A stretch of DNA of 64,000 bases from an uncultured Nitrospiraceae bacterium (GCA_963727775.1 CAVSHB010000001.1:1344001-1408000), one strand, 5' to 3'. Shown: positions 11,302 to 21,518, numbered from the stretch's first letter. Notes: generated by a model not told the origin, from the sequence alone. Made by a program: numbers and translations.

Positions 11302-12159
11302 ATGAACGCTCTCGACAAACTGCGAAGAATGGGAGACATGCTTGAAAAGAATGGCGTGAATGATGCCGATAGAGAGGCTGAAATCATAGTGTCTCATGCA
11401 CTCGGGGTGGACAGGGTCAGCCTTTATAGCGACAACCCTGATATCCCGGAAGAATCTATTCTGCAGATAGATCAATTTGTAAGAAGAAGAATAAGCCGGG
11501 AACCTCTGCAGTATATTCTCGGTTATACGGAATTTTATGGAATAAAAATAATGCTCGGCGCCGGTGTCCTAATACCACGTCCGGAGACGGAGTTGCTGGT
11601 TGAAGCAGCAATAAAAATAGTCTCTGAGTTCAAAGGCGGAAGTCCAAAGTTTAAGATAATTGATCTCTGCACGGGCAGTGGGTGCATAGCACTTGCACTT
11701 GCACAAAGATTTATTGATGCGAAGGTATACGGGACTGACATTTCAGAAGCAGCGCTTGGATATGCCGAAAAAAATGCCGGAATAAACAGTATTACCAATG
11801 TGACCTTTTTAAACGGCAGTTTGTTTGACCCGTTAAAAAAGAATCTCAGGTTTGACCTGATCATATCAAACCCGCCTTATATCAGGAGGCAAGACATAAA
11901 AGACTTGCAACCTGAGATAAAAGATTGGGAGCCTATCGAAGCGCTGGACGGAGGAGAAGACGGTCTCGATTATTACAGAGCAATAATACCGGAAGCGGGA
12001 ACCTATTTGAAAAAGCATGGCTGCCTTATGTTTGAGCTCGGCATCCACCAGGCGAAAGCTGTGAAGAAAATGGCAGAGGATGAAGGGTTCCGGAATATAT
12101 CTCTGATCAAGGATTATGCAAGGATTGACAGGATACTGATAGCTAAAAAGGATAGTTAA
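11302..12159 (+). CDS. prmC: Release factor glutamine methyltransferase
   Basis: EPLQYILG, LIPRPETE, DLCTGSGCIA, SNPPY and ALDGGEDGLD motifs. Confidence 0.96.
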   Translation: MNALDKLRRMGDMLEKNGVNDADREAEIIVSHALGVDRVSLYSDNPDIPEESILQIDQFVRRRISREPLQYILGYTEFYGIKIMLGAGVLIPRPETELLVEAAIKIVSEFKGGSPKFKIIDLCTGSGCIALALAQRFIDAKVYGTDISEAALGYAEKNAGINSITNVTFLNGSLFDPLKKNLRFDLIISNPPYIRRQDIKDLQPEIKDWEPIEALDGGEDGLDYYRAIIPEAGTYLKKHGCLMFELGIHQAKAVKKMAEDEGFRNISLIKDYARIDRILIAKKDS

Positions 12160-12174
12160 CCGTAAAATAAAAAA

Positions 12175-13620
12175 ATGAGCATAATTGAAGAAAACAGATT
12201 AATAGAAAAGCTTGACAAGGAATATATCTGGCATCCCTTTACACAAATGAAGGACTGGATTAAGGAAACGCCGATAATTATCGCTGAGGGCAGAGATTGT
12301 TTTATTAAGGATATTTACGGCAGGTGGTACCTTGACGGGGTATCATCCCTGTGGGTAAATATTTTCGGACATAGAAAACAGGAGATAGATGACGCAATAA
12401 AAGAACAGCTTGATAAGATCGCCCATACCACACTGCTCGGTCTGAGCAATGTCCCGGCTATAAAATTAGCTGAAAAATTAGTGCGGATAGTTCAGAAATC
12501 GTTTCAAAACGTCCAATCTTTTCCTGAAAAGAGTAAGAGAAAAGTTTTAAGTAAGGTCTTTTATTCCGACAACGGTTCTACCGCTGTTGAAGTCGCGCTG
12601 AAAATGGCATTTCAGTATTGGAAACACAAAGGGGTTGACGGAAAAAACACCTTTGTATCACTTAATAACGCATATCATGGCGATACCCTGGGAACTGTGA
12701 GTGTGGGTGGGGTTGATATATTCCATAAGGCATTCGGACCATTATTATTTAAAACATATAAAGCGCCTTCGCCATATTGTTACAGGTGCGAACTCGGAAA
12801 AACATATCCGGATTGTAAATACGCATGCCTCAAGAAAATGGAAAATATATTCAAGTGCCATTCAGCAAAGATAGCCGCTATGATTATAGAGCCTTTGGTC
12901 CAGGCAGCGGGTGGGATGATAACCTCTCCTCCGGGATACCTGAAAGGCGTCAGAAAATTGTGTGATAAGTACAATATCCTGATGATTGCCGATGAGGTCG
13001 CAACCGGCTTTGGAAGGACCGGCAAGATGTTCGCTTGTGAACACGAAGATGTTGTGCCTGACATTATGTGCTTATCAAAAGGAATAACCGGCGGTTACAT
13101 GCCGCTGGCAGTGACCCTTGCCACAGATGAAGTTTATAAGGCATTTTTCGGAAAATTCAAAGAACTGAAGACGTTCTTTCACGGCCACTCCTATACCGGG
13201 AATCCACTGGCATGTGCCGCTGCAATCGCATGCCTCGATGTATTTAAGAAAGAGGAGGTTTTGAAAACCCTTCAAGGGAAGATCAATATCCTTGAAACAT
13301 GGCTTAAGGATATATCGGCTCTCCGGCATGTCGGAGATGTAAGGAATGCCGGTTTTATTGCAGGTGTCGAGTTGGTAAGAAATAAAAAGACAAAGGAACC
13401 TTATAACTGGGAGGAAAAGACAGGATGGAAGGTAGCCTATTACGCAAGGGAAAAGGGGGTTCTTATCAGGCCACTCGGAAATATTATTGTCATCATGCCC
13501 CCATTAAGTATCAGCGAACAGAACCTAAGGCAATTGTTGAAGGTCATCGAAGAGTCCATCATTGAAGCGACAGCTAAGAAGCATTCGACTCATAAACCAA
13601 AGGGCAAATCAATTGAGTAA
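12175..13620 (+). CDS. bioA: Adenosylmethionine-8-amino-7-oxononanoate transaminase
   Basis: IWHPFTQM, SSLWVN, DNGSTAVEVALKMA, DEVATGFGRTG and FHGHSYTGNP motifs. Confidence 0.95.
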   Translation: MSIIEENRLIEKLDKEYIWHPFTQMKDWIKETPIIIAEGRDCFIKDIYGRWYLDGVSSLWVNIFGHRKQEIDDAIKEQLDKIAHTTLLGLSNVPAIKLAEKLVRIVQKSFQNVQSFPEKSKRKVLSKVFYSDNGSTAVEVALKMAFQYWKHKGVDGKNTFVSLNNAYHGDTLGTVSVGGVDIFHKAFGPLLFKTYKAPSPYCYRCELGKTYPDCKYACLKKMENIFKCHSAKIAAMIIEPLVQAAGGMITSPPGYLKGVRKLCDKYNILMIADEVATGFGRTGKMFACEHEDVVPDIMCLSKGITGGYMPLAVTLATDEVYKAFFGKFKELKTFFHGHSYTGNPLACAAAIACLDVFKKEEVLKTLQGKINILETWLKDISALRHVGDVRNAGFIAGVELVRNKKTKEPYNWEEKTGWKVAYYAREKGVLIRPLGNIIVIMPPLSISEQNLRQLLKVIEESIIEATAKKHSTHKPKGKSIE

Positions 13621-14065
13621 AAAATCCATAGTACTTTTGTTCCTTTTAATAGCCGTGCCGGTAATTATATATTTTCTATGGCCCTCTGATGAAAGCAGGA
13701 TAAAGAAACTCTTCAGGGAAGGATCGGTAGCGCTAGAAAAAAAAGACCTCGATGCGGTGATGTCAAAAGTGTCATTCAATTACCGCGATGAATATGGCTT
13801 TACATATCTTTATATAAAAGAAACGATGAAACATCTTTTTATGAAGATGAGCGACATTAAAATCGAATATGAAAATCTGCATATAAACATAGCCGACAAA
13901 ACTGCTACAGCGGACATGGACGTGAGAATTATAGCGACTATTGGAAATGATACGGGGTATATACTCGGAGATTTGCCAAAGCCGGTCCACCTGAAGTTTA
14001 CGCTCGAAAAAGAGAGAACAAAATGGCTTGTGACAAAAACCGATGGGCTACCTTTTAATTTTTAG
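13613..14065 (+). CDS. Hypothetical membrane-anchored protein (possibly NTF2-like fold)
   Basis: ORF with an N-terminal hydrophobic helix; probable TTG start overlapping the bioA end. Confidence 0.65.
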   Translation: MSKKSIVLLFLLIAVPVIIYFLWPSDESRIKKLFREGSVALEKKDLDAVMSKVSFNYRDEYGFTYLYIKETMKHLFMKMSDIKIEYENLHINIADKTATADMDVRIIATIGNDTGYILGDLPKPVHLKFTLEKERTKWLVTKTDGLPFNF

Positions 14066-14090
14066 CAAAGGAATCGTATAATATTCGGAT

Positions 14091-14177
14091 GCCGAAGTGG
14101 CGGAACTGGCAGACGCGCTAGGTTCAGGGTCTAGTGGTCGAAAGGCCGTGCGGGTTCGAGTCCCGCCTTCGGCACCA
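14091..14177 (+). tRNA. tRNA-Leu (anticodon CAG)
   Basis: GCCGAAG/CTTCGGC acceptor stem, anticodon arm CTAGG-TTCAGGG-TCTAG, long variable arm, GTTCGAG T-loop, encoded CCA. Confidence 0.97.
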
Positions 14178-14648
14178 AATAAAGTATTAGATATCAATAT
14201 GTTACGAATGTATACCTCTATATATGCCGTCCGCAAATCTTCATCGATACCTGCAACACTTCTTCTTATAAATACTTTATGGATTTGGGTAGAGAGCCAT
14301 ATTCACCTGATCACGCGCGTAGGCGAAACCGCAACTCACGAAGACTTCGCCCCGAAGCATGCATTGGCACCGGGATCGAATGAGGAAGAAATCTCTGTGT
14401 ACCTGAATCTCGACTCCACCTGGACACCATTGGTATTTTCATTAACTAAGAAGTATGCGGGCAACACTTCTTCCTTGTTTACACCACACTAATTTAAATA
14501 TCCTTACCCTGTTTCTTTCCTTTTATACTCCTCGGAATGGGAAAACAGTCCTGACGCCCTATATCACACGTGTGTAACAATCCCGCATTAGAGGCAGATT
14601 TTATCCAGGAATGATTGAATCCACTCTGAGACGTACTTTTCCTCTTAG

Positions 14649-16298
14649 CCCACATAATTCATAAAATTTTGGCATATGAGATTATTGGTGGGTTTTTGAG
14701 TCAAACGAAGACAATAGAAGACTATTGCGAAGCAGTTTTATAGACGAGTCACGATCTGATCCCGTAAAATCAGACGGAGAAGGGCTTCGTGGCAGTTTTT
14801 AAGCGCACTTCACCATTGAGGACATTTCCTGTTGAAGTTTTTCCGTAAGAAAATGTTCAGGTCGTATCAGCAGCAAGCCGATGATATACTAATGCAAAGA
14901 TTTTCTTCCAGGGATAGCCACTGGCTAAGCGAAACCATACCCGTCGGGCTGTCTGGATTACCTGGGCTCCAATCTTCAGAAGCCTCAGCCTTAACTGCTG
15001 TATCTGCATTGAGGCAAATTCTGTTTTCTGAAGAGCTTCCCTGAGCCTCAGAACAAGCCAGTACGCCGCCATATGCAGGAAGAGTCTGAACTGGTTGGCA
15101 ACAAAGCGATGACAACTCAACCGGTCTGCCTTGAGCCCATTTTTAAACTCGTCAATCCGTACCTCACAGGTACCGCCACGCTCGGTGTAAAACTCATAGA
15201 GTTCTTTTGGTTCATAGGAGAGGTTGGTTACGACAAAACGACGGTTAGGTCCCTGTATCAGCCATTCAGCCTTCATGATAACCCGTCGCTCTTTCGGCCA
15301 ACTCTGCGCCTGATATAATCCCTCTGTAAACATCCTCTGTTTTTGTCCTGTTTCCGTATACTGCTTATGCGCTTTCTTGAGAATGGCTTCGATCATCCGC
15401 TCAAGCACATCATTACGGATCAGACCGATCATATATTTGAGACCCTCTTCTTCACAGTATTCATATAACTCTGGTACTGCAAATCCAGCATCGCCACGGA
15501 CGATGATCTCTGTTTTTGGAAACGCCTCCTTAAGTTTCGGAATGATCCGCTTGAGGATCGACACCGCTCCATAACTGGCATGCCGGTTACCAGCTCTGAG
15601 GGCCGCTGTTATCAGTTGCCCTGTGTCAGCATCGTAGATTACAAGCGGATGGTACATGTATTGGTCATAGTAGCCATGAAAGAACGTCAACTGCTGATTG
15701 CCGTATGTCGGATCGTCCGTCCCATCAAGGTCCAGAATAATCCTTTTTGGCTTTCTCTTCCGGTTCCGACGAATGTAAAGATTAATAAAATATTCTCCTA
15801 TCCTGTATAGATCGTTCCGGGTGATTGCGTTTTCCAAGCGTGACAAGGTGGGCTGTGAGCCAAGATCTTCATCGCTCAACTTCCGTCCACAGGCTGTCTT
15901 CAGTGCTGGATCTTTTCTTACTATGTTTGCATCGTTACAGTCCTCATACCCAGCAACGATTTGATATGTCCGCTGACGTAACAGTGTCTCCAGATTGTGA
16001 TCGGTGTAACGGTTGTCTCTTCGGTCTGTAATACATCCTGCCATCCCTGTTATCAACCGCAAAGCATTGTCTGCTTGCCTCACCAGCAACAAGCCCGAAT
16101 CAGAGGTTATCTCCCCTCCCTTAAAATCTACCGTTATTTTTTGCTTCCGTATGAATGAAAAGGTGAGCTGTTTTGTGATACACTCTGTCATATAGCCAAC
16201 CATCCTTTCTTTGGTTTTGAGCTCTCGTAAACTCAATAATACCAAAGGTCTTAGGATTGTTGGCTATTTTTTTAGGCAGAATTTATGAATAATCTGGG
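14649..16298 (-). mobile_element. IS1380-family insertion sequence
   Basis: Imperfect terminal inverted repeats cccacataattcataaa (from 14649) and tttatgaataatctggg (to 16298) flank a DDE transposase. Confidence 0.88.
14857..16191 (-). CDS. IS1380-family transposase
   Basis: FKGGEITSDSG, GYEDCND, SQPTLSRLEN, ILDLDGTDDPTYGNQQ, RGDAGF and RLSCHRFVANQFRL motifs. Confidence 0.95.
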   Translation of the reverse strand: MTECITKQLTFSFIRKQKITVDFKGGEITSDSGLLLVRQADNALRLITGMAGCITDRRDNRYTDHNLETLLRQRTYQIVAGYEDCNDANIVRKDPALKTACGRKLSDEDLGSQPTLSRLENAITRNDLYRIGEYFINLYIRRNRKRKPKRIILDLDGTDDPTYGNQQLTFFHGYYDQYMYHPLVIYDADTGQLITAALRAGNRHASYGAVSILKRIIPKLKEAFPKTEIIVRGDAGFAVPELYEYCEEEGLKYMIGLIRNDVLERMIEAILKKAHKQYTETGQKQRMFTEGLYQAQSWPKERRVIMKAEWLIQGPNRRFVVTNLSYEPKELYEFYTERGGTCEVRIDEFKNGLKADRLSCHRFVANQFRLFLHMAAYWLVLRLREALQKTEFASMQIQQLRLRLLKIGAQVIQTARRVWFRLASGYPWKKIFALVYHRLAADTT

Positions 16299-16374
16299 CT
16301 AAACGCTCGGCTATAGAAGCGCGGGAATCTTTCAAACCGAAATGAATAGCAACCTATTTTTACACCTATGCGAA

Positions 16375-16974
16375 TTACAATGGATCTATTTCCTTTTCAT
16401 CAAAGCTCACTCTAAAATCGTGGATGCCTTTATAAAACGTATATCCACTGACTCTGTCCCTCTGGTAAACCGGTGTGAAGTCCAGAATGTTTGTCTTTCC
16501 TTCAATTAGGTTAATATCAATCTCCTTCTGGACATTTTCTTCGGTCAAAACCAAACAAATTTTGTAACTCCCAGCCTGAAGTCTTATCCTTTTTTCGAGC
16601 AAATACTTTACACCTTCGCCACCTTCAGGATTTCTTTTGGAATCTACAATTCTCTGCTGAGTATCGGGTTTGCCCTTTGCCATCCAGGTAACATATTGCC
16701 CTCCGATATTAAAAATAAAGGGGTATTCAGACTTGCCACGAAGGGACTGCTTCGACTCAAAGATGTAGTATCCTGCGCGAGGGGTTTTGATATTCGCCTT
16801 TATCAGAAGGTCTGCAAAACCCTCGTGAATAGGTTCCCCCGGCTTGATTTCTGCAAAGACGTCAGCTCTCGCGCCTTGACATTTACTGTAAATCTCCTTT
16901 GACGTGGTGCAGCACCCTGCAAGTGCAAATGCAAGAACCGCTGCACAAATAATTCCGGCCTCAAGTGTTCTCAT
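16375..16974 (-). CDS. Hypothetical lipoprotein
   Basis: Lipobox LAGC after a hydrophobic stretch; AAGGAG RBS; last gene of the metal ABC operon. Confidence 0.7.
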   Translation of the reverse strand: MRTLEAGIICAAVLAFALAGCCTTSKEIYSKCQGARADVFAEIKPGEPIHEGFADLLIKANIKTPRAGYYIFESKQSLRGKSEYPFIFNIGGQYVTWMAKGKPDTQQRIVDSKRNPEGGEGVKYLLEKRIRLQAGSYKICLVLTEENVQKEIDINLIEGKTNILDFTPVYQRDRVSGYTFYKGIHDFRVSFDEKEIDPL

Positions 16975-17010
16975 GAGAATGCTCCTTTGGTAAAGTTTGG
17001 TCCTTATCAT

Positions 17011-17901
17011 TTAACTCTTATGAGGGTGTCGTGAACCTCCGGGGAGAAGCCTGGCGACAATCCATGCTATTGCGTAAAGCACGCCGAGGAGGACGACATC
17101 CGTAGGGCCGACGGGGAAATCATATTGGTAAGCGATCCAAAAGCCGAAAAACGCGATCGCACCACCGACTAGCGAGGCCAACATAGTGAACTGGCGCATA
17201 TTGTGCGCAAACAGGTGAGCCATCAGCGCAGGGATAAGCAAAAATCCGAATGCGATAAGCGGGCCGACGCTGAGCACCGCCATCGAGACCGTTAGACCGA
17301 TAAGTATATAGAGCAGCACGTCCCAAAAAATAACGTTCTTGTGAAGTATAATCGCCATCTCGCGGTCGAACGAGACCAAGAGCAACTCCTTGTGGAACAG
17401 TGCAAGAGCCGCAAGTACCAGAGCAAGCGCTGCCGCCGTCAGCACGAGATCGAAATTCGAGATGGTGATGACCTCCCCTTTCAGCATATCGAGCCAACCG
17501 ATTTCGCCGTAGGGGTTCTTTGACAGCAGCAAAATGCCCAATGCGGCGGCCACTACGTATGCAGTGCCGAGCCGGCCTTCGGGTTGTCCGCGACCTTGTC
17601 GCTCCATAAACGCCAACGCCAGAATCGCGGTAAGCGAGAAGGTGATAGATCCGGCAAAGGCGAGCGCGTGAGCGCTGTGTGAACCATGATCTGCCAGATT
17701 GAATCCGAGCCACATGGGAAGCGAGAGCGCGATAGCGACACCCGTCGAAGAAATCTGGGGCAGTGCCACTCCCATGAATACCAGCCGGCGCATCACGAGA
17801 AACACACCGACGAGCGGGCAAGCGAAGCCGATGAGCACGCTGGTGTAGATCGAGTTCCTGAGGAGAAAATCCGGCGAGAGAATCTGATAAAGCGTTTCCA
17901 T
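17011..17901 (-). CDS. Zn/Mn-type metal ABC transporter permease (ZnuB-like)
   Basis: Multi-TM protein with GVFLVMRR, SFDREMA and LLIPA; adjacent to an ATPase and a solute-binding protein. Confidence 0.88.
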   Translation of the reverse strand: METLYQILSPDFLLRNSIYTSVLIGFACPLVGVFLVMRRLVFMGVALPQISSTGVAIALSLPMWLGFNLADHGSHSAHALAFAGSITFSLTAILALAFMERQGRGQPEGRLGTAYVVAAALGILLLSKNPYGEIGWLDMLKGEVITISNFDLVLTAAALALVLAALALFHKELLLVSFDREMAIILHKNVIFWDVLLYILIGLTVSMAVLSVGPLIAFGFLLIPALMAHLFAHNMRQFTMLASLVGGAIAFFGFWIAYQYDFPVGPTDVVLLGVLYAIAWIVARLLPGGSRHPHKS

Positions 17902-17902
17902 A

Positions 17903-18616
17903 TCAGTCGATCCTCCCTTCAAACATTTCGGCTATCCGTTCGGCTGTAAGCAGTTCGTTCGTGGTGCCGCATAGCACTTTGCCCTCGTGAAGCCATATGA
18001 CTTGCTCGGCGCCGCGTCGCGCCGCCGCAAAGTCGTGAGTGACGAGCAAGACCGTGATCTTCCTTTCCTTGCGAATCTGCGAGATGAACTCCATCACCGC
18101 ATGCGTCGCATTACGGTCCACACCCGCAGTGGGCTCGTCCAGCACCAGTACATCGGGGCGCGTGGTCAGAGCGCGAGCGATGAGCACGCGCTGTTTCTGG
18201 CCCCCGGAGAGTTCGGCAAAACGCTGGCGGGCAAACTCCTCAGCGCCCGACGCACGCAGGCATTCATACGTGAATGCGCGTTCGACAGGCGGGACAAAAT
18301 GCCCTGCGCGCACGCGTCCATATACGCCCATAAGGGCAACCTCGAACGCAGTCAGCAGATAAATCGAATCGAATTGAATGGATTGGGGTACGTACCCGAA
18401 TACAAGTGGTGCGCCCGCCGATGAGGTATCTATGCGGCCGCCTACCGGTGGAAGCAGTCCAAGCACCGTCTTGAGCAGGGTCGATTTGCCCGAACCGTTT
18501 GCACCGAGAATGGCTGTGAAACTGCCCCGTGCAATAGATAGAGAAATGCCGGATAGCACAGCCTGGTTGTTGTAGCCAATACTTAGGTTGTCCAGTATCA
18601 TAAGTGTTTCATTCAT
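17903..18616 (-). CDS. Metal ABC transporter ATPase (ZnuC-like)
   Basis: GANGSGKST, GYVPQ, LSGGQKQR, LDEPTAGVD and VTHD motifs; start taken at MNETL. Confidence 0.92.
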   Translation of the reverse strand: MNETLMILDNLSIGYNNQAVLSGISLSIARGSFTAILGANGSGKSTLLKTVLGLLPPVGGRIDTSSAGAPLVFGYVPQSIQFDSIYLLTAFEVALMGVYGRVRAGHFVPPVERAFTYECLRASGAEEFARQRFAELSGGQKQRVLIARALTTRPDVLVLDEPTAGVDRNATHAVMEFISQIRKERKITVLLVTHDFAAARRGAEQVIWLHEGKVLCGTTNELLTAERIAEMFEGRID

Positions 18617-18669
18617 AGTCTGTTGTGTGTGTCCGCCCGATATTTCAGGCGGACACGTTCTCCTTGTCT

Positions 18670-19602
18670 TTATTTCCTCGACTGGACGGCGGTAACCATC
18701 GTGTGAACAATATAGTCCATCATCTTGATGTACGTTTCCGTGTGTGGCACGCCGCCCGGCATGATGGGTAACGTTATCATGGTTGCACCGGTTTGCTCCG
18801 CAATGCGTTTCGGAACTTTCTCTGGGAACTGCGGCTCGCGCACAACAATAGGCACATACTGGGCTTTCATGGCGGCAGTCAGTTCCTCGATGTGACGTGC
18901 TGTCGGATCGATGCCCGGCCTCAGCTCGATCGTGCCGAAATAGTGCATGCCGAAGCGCTCTGCGAAGTATGGCCAATGCTCATGATAGGACACGAACTTA
19001 GTGCCCTTGAGCGGTTTGACTTCCTTCTCCCACTCGGCGATCTTGGCATTGAGCTTGGCGAGATACGCATCGCGGTTGTGTGTGAATTGCGCCTTGTCCT
19101 GTGGTGCGAACTCTACGAGCGCATTATAGATATTCTTAATCGCAGTCTTCGCCAATACCGGATCGAGCATGTAGTGCGGGTTACCGTAGGGGTGAACATC
19201 GCCGGCGGAGTGCTCGGTTGACTTAGGCACATCACGTGGGAAGATGCCTCTGGAGCAGTCCACGTAGCCGGACCTGCCTACCTGGATGCGCGGATTCTTG
19301 CTCGCCTCCAGCAACGCGGGCAGGAAGGCGTGTTCGCAATCAAACCCCACCAGGATCATCAGGTCGGCCCTGTTCATCATGGGCACGAAGCTGGGTTTCA
19401 TCGGCACGCCGTGCGTATCTTCAACGCCGGTAGCCAGGCTGTGGACCTCGACCAAATCCCCACCAACGGCGCGCGTAAAGTCTGCGAGATCGGTGAGTGT
19501 CGTTACAACACGGATTTTGGCCGCATGAGCCGGCATCACACCTATACAAAATACCCCGGCCAGAAAGATGATCGAGAACAAACAAAATAGTTTTGATTTC
19601 AT
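18670..19602 (-). CDS. Metal ABC solute-binding protein (ZnuA/TroA family)
   Basis: Signal peptide; VVTT, DTHG, DVHPYGNPHY and YHEHW..F metal-site motifs. Confidence 0.9.
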   Translation of the reverse strand: MKSKLFCLFSIIFLAGVFCIGVMPAHAAKIRVVTTLTDLADFTRAVGGDLVEVHSLATGVEDTHGVPMKPSFVPMMNRADLMILVGFDCEHAFLPALLEASKNPRIQVGRSGYVDCSRGIFPRDVPKSTEHSAGDVHPYGNPHYMLDPVLAKTAIKNIYNALVEFAPQDKAQFTHNRDAYLAKLNAKIAEWEKEVKPLKGTKFVSYHEHWPYFAERFGMHYFGTIELRPGIDPTARHIEELTAAMKAQYVPIVVREPQFPEKVPKRIAEQTGATMITLPIMPGGVPHTETYIKMMDYIVHTMVTAVQSRK

Positions 19603-19625
19603 ATTGACATTCATCCTTTCCATAT

Positions 19626-21110
19626 TCAGCGTTGCTGCCATCCATGCGAGTGTGAGCCGATGATCCACGCCCATTGCAGGTAAACGGCATTATCGGAGCG
19701 CAGACCGGATGCGACTGCTACGGCATTGCGGTCGGTGTATGTATATTGAAGCCGCAGTTGGTTCCAGTGGCTGAGCGCCCAGGTGATAAACGGAGAATAT
19801 TCGTAAGTCTTGGCTTTGTTGTCCTGGGCATCCTCCACAAAGCCAAACAAGAAGCCGGTTGACCACTGCCTGTGGAACTTGTAATTGAGATACGAGTAAA
19901 GGCCTAAGGAGCCGACAGACAGGCTGGACAGGGCGCTGCCCGAGGGATCCGTCATGTCATAACGGTTGCTGCTGTGAAGCACTTCAGTACCCCAGGTAAG
20001 GCTCTGGAACTGATTGTTACGGAGCGGCTTCCAACTGAGCGCCAGGTCTGCTCCTACCAGACGGCGCTCGCGTTCGGTGAACGTGCTGCCGGCTACCGTA
20101 GGAAACAGAGGATTAACACCGCCTGGGTCCGACCACTGTCCGGCCGTCTTTGGATTCCAGAGGCCTGAAACGCCGGATTCGAGTGAGATATCTGGTGTCA
20201 GATCGAAATATGTGGACAAGCGTCCAAAGTAATTCCAGCCGCTTAAATGACGGAATTGGCCAACATCGTTAGGTGGGTTGTCGCCTCCGAACTGGTTGCC
20301 AACGCCCACTGTCAGGTTGATATAATGCTCGACAGGCACCAACCAGTTGACCTGTATGCCGTCAGTCCTCGATTCGCCGCCTATGTATTGGGCGAGCACG
20401 AGTGGACGGTTCACGAAAGGCAGCTCATGATCGTGGATGTATGACAGCCGGCCGAACTCACCAAAGAACCGGCCCGCCTTCACAGTGAGGTTCCCAGGCA
20501 GCGACTCAGTCTGGAGCGCTGCCTCTTCGATACCAAAAGTCGACTCTCCGGTGTGGGCATCGACTGATGCGTTGGCCACTACATAGGCCTTCGCAAACGG
20601 GTCTACAGAAGCGGCCGCGTTTAGTTCCACGGAACGTTGGAATGCGTCGAACCCGCCGGGCCGGTCACTTCCCGTCTGCGCCGATCCCCTTCCGCGATAC
20701 GAGAAGAGCGTCTCACCCACGAGGCCGATAGAAGGATTGAAAACGCTCGGGACGGTCTTTGTCTGCGCCTCGGCCACCTGATCCACCTTCTCTTTCAACT
20801 CCTGTACCTGCTGCTGTATCTGCCCGGCCGCCAGCGGCGTCTCATTGACAGAGGCACTCTCGGTCGCTGCAGAAGGTTGGGTCTGTCTGACTTCAGCTTT
20901 CAATTCTTCTATCAACTTCCGTTGCTCAGCAATGGTTTGCTCCTGTTTTCTCAGGATTTCTTGAAGTCCTCTTATTTCCTTGATAGTTTGCTCTTGCTTC
21001 TTGAGGGTTTTCTCAAGAGCTTTTACCCGGTCTTCCAAGGTTTCAGCGAATACGCCTGTTGAAAACAATGACAAGATAAATAGCGTGATAAACATGCTCA
21101 TGATTTTCAT
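19626..21110 (-). CDS. Outer-membrane beta-barrel/porin of the type found with metal ABC operons
   Basis: Signal peptide, coiled coil, FNPSIG, SVDPF, IEEA, FGRL..IHDHELPFVNRP; C-terminal IGSHSHGW. Confidence 0.8.
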   Translation of the reverse strand: MKIMSMFITLFILSLFSTGVFAETLEDRVKALEKTLKKQEQTIKEIRGLQEILRKQEQTIAEQRKLIEELKAEVRQTQPSAATESASVNETPLAAGQIQQQVQELKEKVDQVAEAQTKTVPSVFNPSIGLVGETLFSYRGRGSAQTGSDRPGGFDAFQRSVELNAAASVDPFAKAYVVANASVDAHTGESTFGIEEAALQTESLPGNLTVKAGRFFGEFGRLSYIHDHELPFVNRPLVLAQYIGGESRTDGIQVNWLVPVEHYINLTVGVGNQFGGDNPPNDVGQFRHLSGWNYFGRLSTYFDLTPDISLESGVSGLWNPKTAGQWSDPGGVNPLFPTVAGSTFTERERRLVGADLALSWKPLRNNQFQSLTWGTEVLHSSNRYDMTDPSGSALSSLSVGSLGLYSYLNYKFHRQWSTGFLFGFVEDAQDNKAKTYEYSPFITWALSHWNQLRLQYTYTDRNAVAVASGLRSDNAVYLQWAWIIGSHSHGWQQR

Positions 21111-21209
21111 GATGGGACCTCCACCTTTCAGTTCTTACAATGAAAATGCACACGCAAATGGCTTGCACTTGACGCGTGACAATAAAATTGAATGTAGTAT
21201 TGTAAGAAC

Positions 21210-21518
21210 TTAAGCGGGAGGCGCCCGGCAGGTTAGGAGAGTAAGTCGTATGCAGTCATAAAGAAACGGCTTTGTCGGTACTTCATAATTAGAAACGGTC
21301 TGATGAATTGCAAGAGAAAAACTATTGATGCTTGCAGGAGAAAAGTGATGACCGGCTGCGCAAACAGGGCAATCGTGGTGGTCGATGTCGTTATCATGAT
21401 GATAGTGAAAAGCCGTTGCTAAGGTGGCGAAAAGGAAAAGGATTAAAAAGAGAAAGGTTAGTTTCCCTGTCTTTCGAGTACGGCCGTTTTCTAAGCGCAT
21501 TTTTCGAATCATCAGCAT
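21210..21518 (-). CDS. DUF2946-like leader peptide (TM, His/CxxC, C-terminal RAPP)
   Basis: Hydrophobic helix, HYHHDNDIDHHDCPVC, ends in RAPPA-stop; directly upstream of the porin gene. Confidence 0.8.
   Translation of the reverse strand: MLMIRKMRLENGRTRKTGKLTFLFLILFLFATLATAFHYHHDNDIDHHDCPVCAAGHHFSPASINSFSLAIHQTVSNYEVPTKPFLYDCIRLTLLTCRAPPA

Noticed and set aside
14097..14492. 131-aa + strand ORF and the opposite 14048-14236 ORF
   Set aside because: Both overlap tRNA-Leu and have no recognisable protein features. 14200-14640 may hold a decayed gene fragment that I cannot identify.
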